NCBI GenBank assembly: GCA_965233585.1
Contig: CBDDTI010000109.1
Location: 1 to 36,007 of the forward strand
Origin: a bacterium
GTDB lineage: Bacteria; SAR324; NAC60-12
DNA: 36,007 nucleotides
Direction: 5' to 3'
The notes under the pieces were generated by a model, which saw only the letters and a program-made list of their open reading frames with translations, ran no database searches and was not told where the DNA came from. Each line of letters opens with the position of its first letter. The stretch's first letter is position 1. Below are positions 35,531-36,007 of this stretch, piece after piece. A program made the position numbers and the translations under genes.

Positions 35531-36007
35531 ATGAAACTGATATTAACAGAGAAACCTGATGCTGCTAGAAAGATTGCAGCAGTCGTTGGAGCAAAGAGTA
35601 AGAAAGAGGGTTATTTAGAGGGCAATGGTTATTGTGTGTCGTGGGCGATTGGACACTTGATAGAGACGTTAGAGCCTGAAGGACAAGATGCGAATTGGAA
35701 GGATTGGAGACTGGAGACCTTGCCTCTGATGCCTGATGAGTTAAAAACTCAAGTCATTCCTCAAAAGGCAAAACAATTTAAGATTATCAAGGAGCTTGTA
35801 AAGCAAGCAGAGGTCATCATCAATGCAGGAGACTGCGGACAAGAAGGTGAAGCGATTCAAAGACTGATTTTGGAGCATTGCCAGTTTAAAAAATCTCACA
35901 AAAGACTCTGGTATTCTTCTTTTGTGGAGAAAGAGATTCAAAGAGCCTTTCAGGATTTAAGAGAGTCTTCTGCGTATGATGCTTTGTATGCTTGTGCCAA
36001 ACTTCGT
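35531..36007 (+). CDS. topB: DNA topoisomerase III (type IA), N-terminal TOPRIM part; continues across the circular junction
   Basis: ATG at 35531 gives MKLILTEKPDAARKIA...GYLEGNGYCVSWAIGHL...AGDCGQEGE. It is open to the window end and joins in frame to position 2 via the 13-nt terminal overlap. Confidence 0.93.
   Translation, partial: MKLILTEKPDAARKIAAVVGAKSKKEGYLEGNGYCVSWAIGHLIETLEPEGQDANWKDWRLETLPLMPDELKTQVIPQKAKQFKIIKELVKQAEVIINAGDCGQEGEAIQRLILEHCQFKKSHKRLWYSSFVEKEIQRAFQDLRESSAYDALYACAKLR
35995..36007 (+). other. 13-nt terminal overlap with positions 1-13 (circular contig)
   Basis: TGCCAAACTTCGT at both ends; the topB frame is continuous. Confidence 0.95.

Overview
This looks like a complete circular conjugative plasmid of about 35,994 bp. 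The last 13 nt repeat the first 13 nt, and a type IA topoisomerase reads in frame across the junction. It carries a scattered VirB/VirD4 type IV secretion set (virB2, B3, B4, B5, B6, B7-like, two B8, B9, B10, B11, virD4), a MOB_P-type relaxase with a MobC-like partner, a DnaG-primase/ArdC fusion, parA plus partner, a vapBC-like TA pair, an Rpn nuclease and a candidate Rep. The standout is a pair of tandem type V-A (Cas12a-type) CRISPR arrays with no recognisable cas gene anywhere on the circle. At least 8 of 13 spacers are imperfect matches to this plasmid's own neighbouring lipoprotein, virB5 and virB6 genes. The mismatches fall mostly at synonymous codon positions, and the self copies carry seed/internal mismatches or lack a PAM. 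This suggests a plasmid that borrows host Cas12a to attack close relatives at the mating-pair/exclusion locus, possibly acting as a homing or gene-drive module. Also notable: solitary or degenerate CRISPR repeats next to genes, at least six dispersed unannotated two-gene small-membrane-protein cassettes, and cargo stacked between duplicated 3' ends of virB7 and virD4. All calls come from reading the sequence by eye; no database search was run.
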